64,000 bases of DNA from Oscillospiraceae bacterium (GCA_020025515.1 JAHHRZ010000005.1:53628-117627), one strand, 5' to 3'; shown: positions 18,963-28,917, counted from the first letter of the stretch. Numbers and translations are program-made. The notes: generated by a model not told the origin, from the sequence alone.

Positions 18963-18991
18963 TTGACAAACAGCAGCAGAACTGTTATAAT
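18963..18991 (+). promoter_or_regulatory. Promoter of tRNA-Val copy 2
   Basis: Perfect TTGACA-N17-TATAAT. Confidence 0.85.
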
Positions 18992-19003
18992 AGCCCAGTC
19001 GAT

Positions 19004-19079
19004 GGACGATTAGCTCAGCTGGTAGAGCATGCGCTTGACGTGCGCAGGGTCAGCGGTTCGAGTCCGTTATCGTCCACCA
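19004..19079 (+). tRNA. tRNA-Val(GAC), copy 2 (identical to copy 1)
   Basis: Same 76-nt sequence as 18686-18761. Confidence 0.97.
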
Positions 19080-19082
19080 TTG

Positions 19083-19113
19083 AAATCCGCTGACGGCTGT
19101 CAGCGGATTTTTT
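19083..19113 (+). terminator. Terminator after tRNA copy 2
   Basis: aaatccgctgac/gtcagcggattt plus T-run. Confidence 0.85.
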
Positions 19114-19287
19114 CTGCGCTCCACATGACGGTTTGAAGCATTTTACCTGAATCGTGAAACAAACACATTCTGTGCGGGTGCTTAAGGTAGGGAGCATGGC
19201 TTTTGAAAATAGGAATTTAGCTTGTGTATTTTGTGCTTTGATGTATAATAAACGAAGATATGTTGACAGATAGGGGGAACAGATGCA

Positions 19288-20646
19288 ATGAAAATGGAGA
19301 ACGATCTGGGGCGTGACAAAATTTCACGTCTGGTAATGAGAATCGCAATTCCCAGTATGCTGGCGCAGTTTGTCAGTGTGCTCTATAGCATCGTGGACCG
19401 AATGTTTGTGGGCAATATCCCCGGTGTGGGAGCAGAATCCCTGGCAGGTGTTGGTGTATGCGGCCCCATTGTGACTATGATTGGTGCGTTTGCGTTTCTG
19501 GTGGGAATTGGTGGGACGCCGCTTATGGGAATTGCGCTGGGAGAAGGAAATAAAGAAAAAGCCTCCACGATTTTGGCGAATTGCTTTGTGATGCTTTGTG
19601 CCGTTTCGTTGGTGGTCACCGGGCTGGCGTTGGCCCTGAAGGAACCAATGCTTCGGCTCTTTGGAGCCAGTGATGTGACTTATCCTTATGCGGAGGAATA
19701 TTTCTCGGTCTATGTCATGGGCACGGTTTTTGCCCTGCTGTCCATGGGAATGTACCAGTTTGTCATCGCCCAGGGATATGCGAAGGTGGGCATGTGCTCG
19801 GTGATTTTAGGCGCCGTGCTGAATATTATCCTGGACCCGATCTTTATCTATGTGTTTCACATGGGGGTTCGGGGAGCGGCTGTGGCTACGGTGATCAGTC
19901 AGGCGGCCAGTGCGGCCTTTGTGCTGATGTTCCTGCTGGGAGGTGCAAACATCACCATTTCCTTTGGTGGATACAGCTATAAAACGATGCTGCAGGTGCT
20001 GAAGCTGGGTTTTACTCCCTTCGCAATTATTGCGGCAGATAATATTATGCTGATTACCATGAATGCCCTGCTGCAAAAGCATGGCGGGGCCAATGGCGAT
20101 ACGCTCATTACGGTCAATACCATTGTCCAGAGCTTTATGCTGGTGATGACCATGCCCCTGGGCGGCATCAGCGGCGGAACGCAGTGTATTCTGAGCTACA
20201 ACTATGGCGCCGGATTTTCAGACCGTGTCTTGAAGGCCCAGAGATACATTGCGGCTTTGTGCGCGGGGTATACGGCGATCCTCTTTGTCCTGGCTCGTGT
20301 GGGCGGAACGGTGTTTGCCTCTCTGTTTACATCGGATGCAGCCATTAAAGAGCAGGCTTGCTGGGCCATCCGAATTTGCACCCTGGCGGCGGTGCCCTTG
20401 GGAATCCAGTATTGCATTGTGGATGGATTTACGGGAATGGGGCAGATTCAGATGTCGTTTCCCCTGTCTTTCTGGAGAAAAGCGGCCTATTTTGTTGCCA
20501 TCTTTCTGATTCCCACTGTGGCCGAGGCCCCTATGATCTTCTATGCAGAGCCCATTTCCGACATTGTTTCAGTTATGGTTTCGATTCCTGTGTACCTGTT
20601 CAGCATTAAGAAAATTCTCAGAAAACGGGAGAACAGGCTGGCTTAA
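19288..20646 (+). CDS. MATE-family efflux transporter
   Basis: LYSIVDRMFVG, NIILDPIFIY, MGVRGAAVATVISQ, SYNYGAG. Confidence 0.92.
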   Translation: MKMENDLGRDKISRLVMRIAIPSMLAQFVSVLYSIVDRMFVGNIPGVGAESLAGVGVCGPIVTMIGAFAFLVGIGGTPLMGIALGEGNKEKASTILANCFVMLCAVSLVVTGLALALKEPMLRLFGASDVTYPYAEEYFSVYVMGTVFALLSMGMYQFVIAQGYAKVGMCSVILGAVLNIILDPIFIYVFHMGVRGAAVATVISQAASAAFVLMFLLGGANITISFGGYSYKTMLQVLKLGFTPFAIIAADNIMLITMNALLQKHGGANGDTLITVNTIVQSFMLVMTMPLGGISGGTQCILSYNYGAGFSDRVLKAQRYIAALCAGYTAILFVLARVGGTVFASLFTSDAAIKEQACWAIRICTLAAVPLGIQYCIVDGFTGMGQIQMSFPLSFWRKAAYFVAIFLIPTVAEAPMIFYAEPISDIVSVMVSIPVYLFSIKKILRKRENRLA

Positions 20647-20871
20647 ATTGATACCCCGAATGATGCTTCGATGTAATGCGAGCAATCATTCGGGGTTATT
20701 TTTTGCCACAACTGCTCTTGGTGGAATTTTATGAGGATGCAAAAATCGACTTATCAGCCATAAAATAGGGGAATTTTGACCATCTGGTCATTACAGAAAG
20801 CAGCAGCAGACTCCGGTTTTGTCCAAAGCCTGTTACAATATGGCATATTGTACAGAAATTAAAAGGAGCAG

Positions 20872-20960
20872 TTGACAGAAACGGTGCATCATGATAATAT
20901 GGAATGGAAAATGTCATACATCTTGCACTTTGGTCATACCACTTGCATGATGTAATACAA
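20872..20960 (+). promoter_or_regulatory. Promoter and three GTMATAC operator-like palindromes upstream of buk
   Basis: TTGACA-N17-TAATAT, then ATGTCATACAT (20911), TGGTCATACCA (20931), ATGTAATACAA (20950). Confidence 0.6.
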
Positions 20961-20987
20961 TGAAATTTGAGCATTGGGAGGATTTTT

Positions 20988-22043
20988 ATGAAGATTCTGG
21001 TCCTGAACCCCGGCGCAACATCGACAAAAATTTCTATCTTTGAAGAGGAAGAAGAAATCTTCAAGACCAACATTGTGCACAGTGCGGAGGATTTGGCTCC
21101 CTTTGTTCATATCATTGATCAGGGGCCCTACCGTAAGGAGCTGATTCTGAAAACCATTCAGGACGCAGGCTATCAGATGTCCGATTTTAATGCCGTCTGC
21201 GGTCGTGGTGGACTCCTGCACCATATTCCCTCCGGTACATATGCCATTTCTGACAAGGTCATTGCCGATGTGAAGGACCCTCCCTATGGCGAGCATGCCT
21301 CCAATCTGGGCGTGCTGCTGGCCAAGGAGCTGGGGGATCTGGCCGGGCTTCCTTCCTTCTTTGTGGACCCTGTGTGTGTGGATGAAATGAGCGAAGTGGC
21401 CCATGTGTCTGGCTTTAAGGGCATGCAGAGAGAGTCCTTCTTCCATGCGCTCAATCAGAAGTCCATTGCCCGGAAGGCTGCAAAGATTCTGGGAAAGCCC
21501 TATGAAGAGTGTCGTATGATCGTGGTTCATATGGGCGGCGGCGTTTCCGTAGCAGCTCATGAGAATGGCCTGTGCGTGGATGTATATAATGTGAAGGATG
21601 AGGGTGCCTTCGGTATGGACCGTGGCGGCAGCCTCCCTGTCAATGCTGTGATCAATCTGTGCTTCTCTGGTCTTACCAAGAAGGAAGTAAAAAAGAAGCT
21701 GGGTGTGGAGGCCGGTGCCTACTCCTATGTGGGAACCAAGGATTTCCGTGAGGTTCAGCGTAAAGCACTGGAAGAAAATGATCCTGATTGCCGTCTGGTA
21801 TTCGATGCTATGGCATATCAGCTGTCCAAGGACATTGGCGCTATGGCCGCTGTTCTGAGATTCAAGGTGGATGCCATTGTGTACACCGGTGGCATGGCCT
21901 ACTCCGATCCTCTGACGGAAGCCATCACCGGCTATGTGGGAGATTTGGCACCTGTGATTCGCCTCCCCGGCGAAGAGGAGATGCGCTCTCTGGCAGAAGG
22001 TGCCCTCCGGGTTCTCCATGGAGAGCGTGCCAAGGTTTACTAA
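20988..22043 (+). CDS. buk: Butyrate / branched-chain acyl kinase
   Basis: LNPGATSTK, GRGG, EHASNLG, FHALNQK, HMGGGVSV, TGGMAYS, PGEEEM. Confidence 0.93.
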   Translation: MKILVLNPGATSTKISIFEEEEEIFKTNIVHSAEDLAPFVHIIDQGPYRKELILKTIQDAGYQMSDFNAVCGRGGLLHHIPSGTYAISDKVIADVKDPPYGEHASNLGVLLAKELGDLAGLPSFFVDPVCVDEMSEVAHVSGFKGMQRESFFHALNQKSIARKAAKILGKPYEECRMIVVHMGGGVSVAAHENGLCVDVYNVKDEGAFGMDRGGSLPVNAVINLCFSGLTKKEVKKKLGVEAGAYSYVGTKDFREVQRKALEENDPDCRLVFDAMAYQLSKDIGAMAAVLRFKVDAIVYTGGMAYSDPLTEAITGYVGDLAPVIRLPGEEEMRSLAEGALRVLHGERAKVY

Positions 22044-22061
22044 TTTAGGAGGTAATTAACG

Positions 22062-22967
22062 ATGATGAACACAATTTCCTCTATTCTGGCTGCGGCTGCC
22101 GCCGCACCGGAAAAAAGAACCATTGCGGTTGCTGCTGCCCACGATGAGGATGTCCTCACCGCCGTGGCTGAGGCCCGGAAGGCCGGCATTGCCGAGGCAG
22201 TGCTGACCGGCAACGGAGAGAAAATCCGTGAGATTCTGAAGTCTCTGGGGGAGAATCCAGAGAATTACACCATCTGTGAGGGAGAGACCGCCGCAGAATG
22301 TGCCGCTCTGGCTGTAAAAGCCGTCCGGGATGGCAAGGCCAACTTCCTGATGAAGGGTCTGCTGGGTACCGGCGATTTGATGCGTGCCGTCATTGACCGT
22401 GAAAACGGCCTGCGTACCGGCAGACTGATCAGCCATGTGATGCTCTATGAGGTCCCCGGCTACAAGATGCTGGCTCTGTCCGATGGCGGTATGAATACCT
22501 TCCCCGATCTGGACAAGAAGGCGGAAATTCTGGAAAATGCCGCCCGGGTTCTGAAGGCCCTGGGGTATGAATCTATGAATGCGGCCTGTGTCTGCGGCGC
22601 GGAGGTGGTGAACCCCAAGGTGCAGTCCACTCTGGATGCAAAGGCTCTCACCGAAATGACCGATCGCTGGGCTCCTTATCATATGCAGGTCTGCGGCCCC
22701 GTGGGCTTGGACCTGGCCGTCAGCACCGCCGCCTGTCACCACAAGGGCTATGAGGCTCCCGGTGCCGGTGAAGCCGATATCCTGCTGGTTCCTACCTATG
22801 AGGTGGGCAACGGCATTGGCAAGGCGCTGGGCCTGTTTGCAGGTGCCAAGAACGCAGGCATTATTCTGGGTGCCAAGGTGCCCATTGTTCTGGTTTCCCG
22901 TGCGGACTCCGCAGAAAGCAAGCTGGCCTCCATCGCTTTGGGCGCAGTAACAGCGGGCCAGGTATAA
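22062..22967 (+). CDS. ptb: Phosphate butyryl/acyltransferase
   Basis: LMKGLLGT, LRTGRLISHV, SDGGMN, ADILLVP..EVGN, GAKVPIVLVSRADS. Confidence 0.9.
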   Translation: MMNTISSILAAAAAAPEKRTIAVAAAHDEDVLTAVAEARKAGIAEAVLTGNGEKIREILKSLGENPENYTICEGETAAECAALAVKAVRDGKANFLMKGLLGTGDLMRAVIDRENGLRTGRLISHVMLYEVPGYKMLALSDGGMNTFPDLDKKAEILENAARVLKALGYESMNAACVCGAEVVNPKVQSTLDAKALTEMTDRWAPYHMQVCGPVGLDLAVSTAACHHKGYEAPGAGEADILLVPTYEVGNGIGKALGLFAGAKNAGIILGAKVPIVLVSRADSAESKLASIALGAVTAGQV

Positions 22968-23056
22968 AAAGACTGTCTGGGCGAAGGCCCGAAAGATACA
23001 TCCGTTTTATATTGCAAACAATCAACATATCATTTTCTTGAAAGGTGGGATTCTCC

Positions 23057-24805
23057 ATGAAACACTTGCTCTCCGGCAATGAAGCCGCGGCAAGAGGCGC
23101 CTACGAAGGAGGCGTCAAGGTGTGCTCTGCTTATCCCGGCACACCCAGTACGGAAATCTTTGAAAATCTGCCCCAGTACAAGGACAGCTTGTACTGCGAG
23201 TGGGCACCCAATGAAAAGGTAGCCACTGAGGTTGCCATTGGTGCTGCTCTGGGCGGCGTGCGCAGCCTGACTGCCATGAAGCATGTTGGCGTCAATGTTG
23301 CAGCGGACCCCATTTTCACCGCTGCTTACAACGGTGTAGATAAGGGCTTCGTTATTGTCTCCGCTGACGATCCTTCCATGCACTCTTCTCAGAACGAGCA
23401 GGACAACCGCCATTATGCCCGTGCCGCCCGTCTGCCCATGGTGGAGCCTTCCGACTCTCAGGAGTGCCTGGACTTCATGAAGGCTGCTTTTGAGCTGTCC
23501 GAGAAGTGGCGGATCCCCGTTCTGTACCGAGTGACCACCCGTGTGTGCCACTCTAAGAGCCTGGTTGAGTTCTCTGACCGCCAGGAGGCTTCCTATGAGC
23601 CTTTCGTCCGCAATGTGGCTACCCGTGTCAGCACCCCTGCCAACGCCTATCGGAACCACGCCACTGTGGAAAAGAAAATGGAAGAGATGGCAGAGTACGG
23701 AAACACCTGCCCTCTGAACAAGGTGGAAATGGCTGATACCAAGATCGGTGTAATTACTGCCGGTATCGCCTACCAGTACGCCAAGGAGGCCTTCCCCGAG
23801 GGCACTTCCTTCCTGAAGCTGGGCCTCACCAACCCCATGCCCATGGGCCTTGTAAAGGACTTTGCTTCTAAGGTGGAAAAGCTCTATGTCATTGAAGAGC
23901 TGGATCCCTTTATGGAAGAGCAGATCAAGGCTGCCGGTATCCAGTGCGTAGGCAAGGAGCTTACGGGCCTGCTGTATGAGCTGAATCCTCAGCTTCTGAA
24001 GGAGCGGCTGTTCAATGAGAAGCCCGCTACCAAGTCCGTAGCTGTGAACCCTGTGCCCCGTCCTCCCGTTCTGTGCCCCGGCTGTCCCCACAGAGGTTTC
24101 TTCTACACCATGTCCAAGAATAAGAACTTCGTGGTGGGCGGTGATATCGGCTGCTACACGCTGGGTTGCGCTGCCCCTCTGAACGCACTGGACTCCGTTG
24201 TCTGCATGGGCGGCGGCTTCACTGTGGCCATGGGTATGAGCAAGGCCTTTGAAATTGCAGGCGAGACGCAGAAGAAGGTCTTCGGCGTGGTTGGTGACTC
24301 CACCTTCTTCCACTCCGGCATGACCGGCGCTGCTGAAATCATCTATAACAAGGGCAACATGATCCCTGTGGTTCTGGACAACTCCATTACCGGTATGACC
24401 GGACACCAGGATAACCCCGGCTCCGGTTACACCCTGCAGGGTGATATTGCTGAGGCCATCAAGATTGAAGATGTTCTGAAGTCCCTGGGCTATCAGAATG
24501 TGATTATCGTGGATCCTCAGGATCTGAAGGCAATGCAGAAGGCTGTTGACGATGCGCTGGCCTCCACCGTTCCTGCTGCCATTATTACCCGCCGTCCCTG
24601 CCTGCTGATTAAGCGGATCAAGCACGACATTGGCCAGTGCGTTGTGGATACGGATAAGTGCATCGGCTGTAAGAAGTGCCTGAAGGTGGGCTGCCCTGCT
24701 GTCATGATGAAGGACGGCAAGAGCTCCATTGATCCCACCCTCTGCGTAGGCTGTACCGTCTGTGCCCAGGTTTGCCCTGTGGGTGCCATTTCCAGAAAGG
24801 AGTAA
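23057..24805 (+). CDS. iorA: Indolepyruvate:ferredoxin oxidoreductase alpha subunit
   Basis: YPGTPSTE, NEKVA, CPGCPHR, GDIGCY, TPP motif GDSTFFHSG..DN, C-terminal 2x[4Fe-4S]. Confidence 0.95.
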   Translation: MKHLLSGNEAAARGAYEGGVKVCSAYPGTPSTEIFENLPQYKDSLYCEWAPNEKVATEVAIGAALGGVRSLTAMKHVGVNVAADPIFTAAYNGVDKGFVIVSADDPSMHSSQNEQDNRHYARAARLPMVEPSDSQECLDFMKAAFELSEKWRIPVLYRVTTRVCHSKSLVEFSDRQEASYEPFVRNVATRVSTPANAYRNHATVEKKMEEMAEYGNTCPLNKVEMADTKIGVITAGIAYQYAKEAFPEGTSFLKLGLTNPMPMGLVKDFASKVEKLYVIEELDPFMEEQIKAAGIQCVGKELTGLLYELNPQLLKERLFNEKPATKSVAVNPVPRPPVLCPGCPHRGFFYTMSKNKNFVVGGDIGCYTLGCAAPLNALDSVVCMGGGFTVAMGMSKAFEIAGETQKKVFGVVGDSTFFHSGMTGAAEIIYNKGNMIPVVLDNSITGMTGHQDNPGSGYTLQGDIAEAIKIEDVLKSLGYQNVIIVDPQDLKAMQKAVDDALASTVPAAIITRRPCLLIKRIKHDIGQCVVDTDKCIGCKKCLKVGCPAVMMKDGKSSIDPTLCVGCTVCAQVCPVGAISRKE

Positions 24806-24809
24806 GACA

Positions 24810-25394
24810 ATGAGCGAAGTAAAGAGTATTCTCCTTGTGGGCGTTGGCGGTCAGGGTGCCATTCTGACAGCTAAGGTCCTGGTCAACGGCCTGATGAAGG
24901 CCGGATATGATGTAAAGATGTCCGAGGTCCACGGCATGAGCCAGAGAGGTGGCTCCGTCTCTACCCAGGTTCGCTGGGGTGAGAAGGTTTATTCCCCCCT
25001 CATTGGCGACGGTGCCGCCGACTACATGGTAGCCTTCGAAAAGATGGAGGCTGTTCGCTATGCCAATTTCCTGAAGCCCGAGGGCGTGGCGGTCATCAAT
25101 GACTATGAGATTGCCTCTGCCACCACTGCTTCCGGTCAGTTCCAGTATCCTGAGGGATGTCTGGAGGCCATGCAGAACACCTTTAAGACCTTCCCGCTGA
25201 AGGCCGGTGAAATTGCTATGAGCCTGGGTAACCCCAAGTGCATGAACATCGTGCTGTTTGGCGCTCTGACCCATGTGCTGGGTCTGGAGCAGATTGACTG
25301 GGAGACCGTCATCCGTGAGACAGTTCCTGCCAAGTTCCTGGATCTCAACCTGCGTGCATACCATGCCGGTCTGGAGGCAGCGAAGGCTGTTTAA
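24810..25394 (+). CDS. iorB: Indolepyruvate:ferredoxin oxidoreductase beta subunit
   Basis: GVGGQG, SEVHGMSQRGGSV; SD AAGGAG. Confidence 0.95.
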   Translation: MSEVKSILLVGVGGQGAILTAKVLVNGLMKAGYDVKMSEVHGMSQRGGSVSTQVRWGEKVYSPLIGDGAADYMVAFEKMEAVRYANFLKPEGVAVINDYEIASATTASGQFQYPEGCLEAMQNTFKTFPLKAGEIAMSLGNPKCMNIVLFGALTHVLGLEQIDWETVIRETVPAKFLDLNLRAYHAGLEAAKAV

Positions 25395-25462
25395 TTGAAA
25401 AGCAATTTCTGGGGCGGGCATGCCAGCCCGCCCCAGTACTCTAACTTAGGAGGTATTTATTT

Positions 25463-26650
25463 ATGGTTTCTAAAGAAATGTGGGCCCTTGGTGCCAACCG
25501 TTCTGTCATCCGTGACCTGTTCGAGTACGGCCTGAAGCAGGCTGCAATCGTAGGTCCGGAGAATGTCTTTGACTACTCCCTGGGCAATCCCTCCATTCCG
25601 TCTCCTGATGCCGTGAATGATGCCATTCGTGCCATTCTGGATGATACTGACAGCATCAAGGTCCACGGCTACACCTCTGCCGTCGGCGATATTGAAACAC
25701 GGCAGGCCATTGCAGATGATCTGAATAAGCGCTACAATGCCGGGATTCGTCCTGAGAACCTGTTCATTTGCTGCGGCGCAGCCCCCGGCCTCATTGCCAT
25801 CATGCGTGCGCTGGCCGCCACCAAGGAAGCAGAGTTTGTGGCAATCGCTCCCTATTTCCCGGAGTATAAGCCGTTTGCCACCTGTGCAGGCGGAAAGCTG
25901 GTTGTGGTTCCTGCGGATACCGAGCATTTTCAGATCGATCTCAAGGCACTGGAGGCTGCAATTACTCCCAACACTCAGGCGGTCATTGTAAACTCCCCCA
26001 ATAATCCTGCCGGTACGGTCTACACCGCTGAGACCATTACTGCTCTGGGCCAGCTTCTGACCCGGAAGGGAGAGGAATACGGTCATCCCATCTACATCCT
26101 GGCTGACGAGCCCTATCGTGAGCTGGTATATGATGGTGTGGAAGTTTCCTTCATCCCCAATCTGTACAAGAACACCATTGTGTGCTACTCCTATTCCAAG
26201 TCCCTGTCCCTGCCCGGCGAGCGTATCGGCTACATCTGCGTGCCCGATGCCTGTGAGGACAGCCAGGAGCTTTATGCAGCCGTGGCGGGTGCGGCCCGTG
26301 CCGGCGGCCATGTCTGTGCCCCCTCTCTGTGGCAGAAAGTGATTGCTCGGTGCGCCCATCTGCGTCCCGACCTGGAAGCCTATGACAAGAACCGCAAGGC
26401 TTTGCAGGAAGGCCTCACCAAGATGGGATATTCTATGGCCAGCCCGGACGGTGCTTTCTATCTGTTTGTCAAGGCTCCCAGCGGCGATGATATTGCCTTT
26501 TCTGAGATGGCGAAGGCCAAGAACCTGCTGGTGGTTCCCGGCACCGGTTTCGGCTGCCCCGGCTGGTTCCGGATCTGCTATTGTGTCTCTTATGACATGA
26601 TCATGAGAAGTCTGCCGGTCTTTGCCGAGCTTATGGAGCAGAGCAAGTAA
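25463..26650 (+). CDS. PLP-dependent aminotransferase, class I/II
   Basis: NSPNNPAG, DEPY, SYSKSLSLPGERIGY. Confidence 0.93.
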   Translation: MVSKEMWALGANRSVIRDLFEYGLKQAAIVGPENVFDYSLGNPSIPSPDAVNDAIRAILDDTDSIKVHGYTSAVGDIETRQAIADDLNKRYNAGIRPENLFICCGAAPGLIAIMRALAATKEAEFVAIAPYFPEYKPFATCAGGKLVVVPADTEHFQIDLKALEAAITPNTQAVIVNSPNNPAGTVYTAETITALGQLLTRKGEEYGHPIYILADEPYRELVYDGVEVSFIPNLYKNTIVCYSYSKSLSLPGERIGYICVPDACEDSQELYAAVAGAARAGGHVCAPSLWQKVIARCAHLRPDLEAYDKNRKALQEGLTKMGYSMASPDGAFYLFVKAPSGDDIAFSEMAKAKNLLVVPGTGFGCPGWFRICYCVSYDMIMRSLPVFAELMEQSK

Positions 26651-26710
26651 ATGATTTTGGGCTGTCCCGCCGCATGGTGGGGCAGCCCGTGTTTATTCAT
26701 CCGTTGAAAT

Positions 26711-26753
26711 AAAAGGGTACGGTCTCAGGAAAATTCTGAGGCCGTACCCTTTT
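26711..26753. terminator. Bidirectional terminator
   Basis: aaaagggtacggtctcag/ctgaggccgtaccctttt between convergent operons. Confidence 0.75.
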
Positions 26754-26758
26754 GGCTC

Positions 26759-26998
26759 TTAAACTTCTTTATACATGGCGGCAGCATCGTCTTTGCGGAC
26801 GGTTTCTGCTACCATGAGGACCTCTACGGCCAAGGTTCGACCGCCCAGATTGATTTCCAGACGGTCCCCTACTTTTACATCGTAGGAGGCCTTGACCACC
26901 CGGCCGTTGACGCTGATTCGGCCATTGTCACAGGCTTCATTGGCAATGGTGCGGCGTTTGATCAGGCGGGAGACTTTCAAATATTTATCCAGACGCAT
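26759..26998 (-). CDS. rqcP: S4-domain protein YabO/RqcP
   Basis: MRLDKYLKVSRLIKRRTIANEAC. Confidence 0.9.
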   Translation of the reverse strand: MRLDKYLKVSRLIKRRTIANEACDNGRISVNGRVVKASYDVKVGDRLEINLGGRTLAVEVLMVAETVRKDDAAAMYKEV

Positions 26999-27012
26999 GG
27001 GAGAATCTCCTT

Positions 27013-27303
27013 TCATTTGGGACGAGGGTATTCTGCCACCGCTTCTATGAGATCCTTGCCGGCCTTAAACTGGGGGATCCGGGCGGCGGGGATCTGGGCG
27101 GGTTCGCCGGTGGCGGGATTGCGGCCCATCCGGGCGCAGCGGTTTTTGGTTTCAAAGGTGCCAAAGCCAACCAGCTGCACCTTATCTCCTTGGGAAAGAG
27201 CGGTGGCAATGGCTTCCAGCATAGCGTTGAGCGCCTTTTCGCTGTTCTTTTTTGTGAGGCCGGAGCCTTGGGCAATGGCGGATATCAATTCTGACTTGTT
27301 CAT
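27013..27303 (-). CDS. hup: HU-family DNA-binding protein
   Basis: MNKSELI, VQLVGFGTF, GRNPATG, FKAGK. Confidence 0.93.
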   Translation of the reverse strand: MNKSELISAIAQGSGLTKKNSEKALNAMLEAIATALSQGDKVQLVGFGTFETKNRCARMGRNPATGEPAQIPAARIPQFKAGKDLIEAVAEYPRPK

Positions 27304-27306
27304 AGC

Positions 27307-28917
27307 TTATTTACTGCCTTTTTGCCGAATTCTTAAAATGGCTGCAATCTTTTCCCCCTTGGGAAGGAGCATACAGTCTTCATAGGTAATGACATGCAGC
27401 ACCATAACCATGAGAACATAAATCACAGCGGCTGCAAGCATGGGCAGGGCACACTGAATCAGTGCGCTGCCAGTCATTCCGGCCACCAGCGTCCATACGC
27501 CGAAGGTCACGGCACCCATACACAAGCTGGCAAGGAGGGGCCTAAACAGGTTCTTGAGTATTTTGGGGCTGTCTTTGAGCACCAGACGCATGGTGAATAG
27601 GTTCAAAACCGTGATGGCCATGTAGCAGCACAGGGTTCCCATGGGGGCACCTTGAATGTTGATGGCAGGATTGCTCACCAGGATGTAGTTTACGATGATT
27701 TTAACAATACCGCCTACAAACATATTGATGACGGGCAGATATACATGACCATGGGCCTGCATGATGGAGTTGGTAAGCAGCACAATGCTGTTGAAGACGA
27801 CGCACGGACCCAAAACAGACAGAAGCTTTGAGGCGATAGACAGACTCTCCCCGGAGTAACCCCGAAGCAGTGCCATAATGGGCTGGGAAATAACAGCCAG
27901 ACCAATGGCGCAGGGCAGGGTAATCAGAGCCGTGACACGGATGGCAGATTCTTCAATGGTCTTGGCTCCAGCGTGACGGCGCAGGGTAATCTGCTCCGTA
28001 ATAGCAGGCAGGACACTGATGGTAATGGGGGTGATGAGTGCGCAGGGAAGATTGAAAATGGTCTGCGCAAAATTATAGATCCCCTTCAGTTCATCGGCTT
28101 CACGCTGAAGAAAGCCGGCAGGGCCGGTGAGCTGCGCCATAACCACCTTTGCATCAATTAGAGTGATGATCTGCAGTCCGGCAGAGCCTACGGTAATGGG
28201 AATGGCGATTGCCAGAAGCTTTTTTGCGGTGGTGGCACGGGAGTAGAGGGTGCCGCCCTCCAGAGGGAAATCATTCTTTTGACAGTGGTATGCATAGCCC
28301 ATATAGAGCACAGCCAAAAGGGCGCCCAGAGTGACGCCGAAAATGGCACCGCCTGCTGCCAGACTGGTGTTATTCCAGACCTTCATAATGAAGAAGGCCA
28401 GACCCAGACCTACAAACAGCTTGCAGATTGCCTCAATGACCTGACTGACGGAGGTAGGGCGCATATTGCTCTGTCCCTGAAAGAAGCCACGCAGAGCCGA
28501 GGACTGGCACATGAGAATAGAAGCAGGACCCAGCGCTGCAATGGCAGCCCAGGAATTTGGGGAGTTCATAAAGTTGGCCAGTTGGTGGCTGAAGAAGGTC
28601 ATTAAAATGGTACCTGCCGCCCCGAGGAACAGAAATATGTACCGGGCAACCTGATAGGTGCGTTTGATCTGACCGTAGTTGCCAAGACTTGCAGATTCTG
28701 CGATCATACGGCTCAGAGCCACAGGCAGACCGGCGGTGGAAATCATCAAAAGGACGGAATAAATATCATAGGCGGTGTTGAAATAGCCGAACCCTGCGTC
28801 GCCGATAATACTGCCCAGGGGGATCTTATACAGCGCACCGATGATTTTTACAATGATGGTTGCCGCAGCCAGGAGCGCTGCACCATGGAGGAAGCTTTGC
28901 TTTTTATTAGATGTCAA
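27307..28917 (-). CDS. SpoVB/YabM-like MOP-superfamily flippase
   Basis: SFLHGAALL, KIIGALYKIP, STAGLPVA, LRGFFQG, SQVIE; TTG start. Confidence 0.85.
   Translation of the reverse strand: MTSNKKQSFLHGAALLAAATIIVKIIGALYKIPLGSIIGDAGFGYFNTAYDIYSVLLMISTAGLPVALSRMIAESASLGNYGQIKRTYQVARYIFLFLGAAGTILMTFFSHQLANFMNSPNSWAAIAALGPASILMCQSSALRGFFQGQSNMRPTSVSQVIEAICKLFVGLGLAFFIMKVWNNTSLAAGGAIFGVTLGALLAVLYMGYAYHCQKNDFPLEGGTLYSRATTAKKLLAIAIPITVGSAGLQIITLIDAKVVMAQLTGPAGFLQREADELKGIYNFAQTIFNLPCALITPITISVLPAITEQITLRRHAGAKTIEESAIRVTALITLPCAIGLAVISQPIMALLRGYSGESLSIASKLLSVLGPCVVFNSIVLLTNSIMQAHGHVYLPVINMFVGGIVKIIVNYILVSNPAINIQGAPMGTLCCYMAITVLNLFTMRLVLKDSPKILKNLFRPLLASLCMGAVTFGVWTLVAGMTGSALIQCALPMLAAAVIYVLMVMVLHVITYEDCMLLPKGEKIAAILRIRQKGSK

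Noticed and set aside
18686..19079. tRNA repeat read as prophage/ICE attL-attR or as a CRISPR-like repeat
   Set aside because: Both copies are complete tRNAs with their own promoters; no integrase or cas genes; only two units
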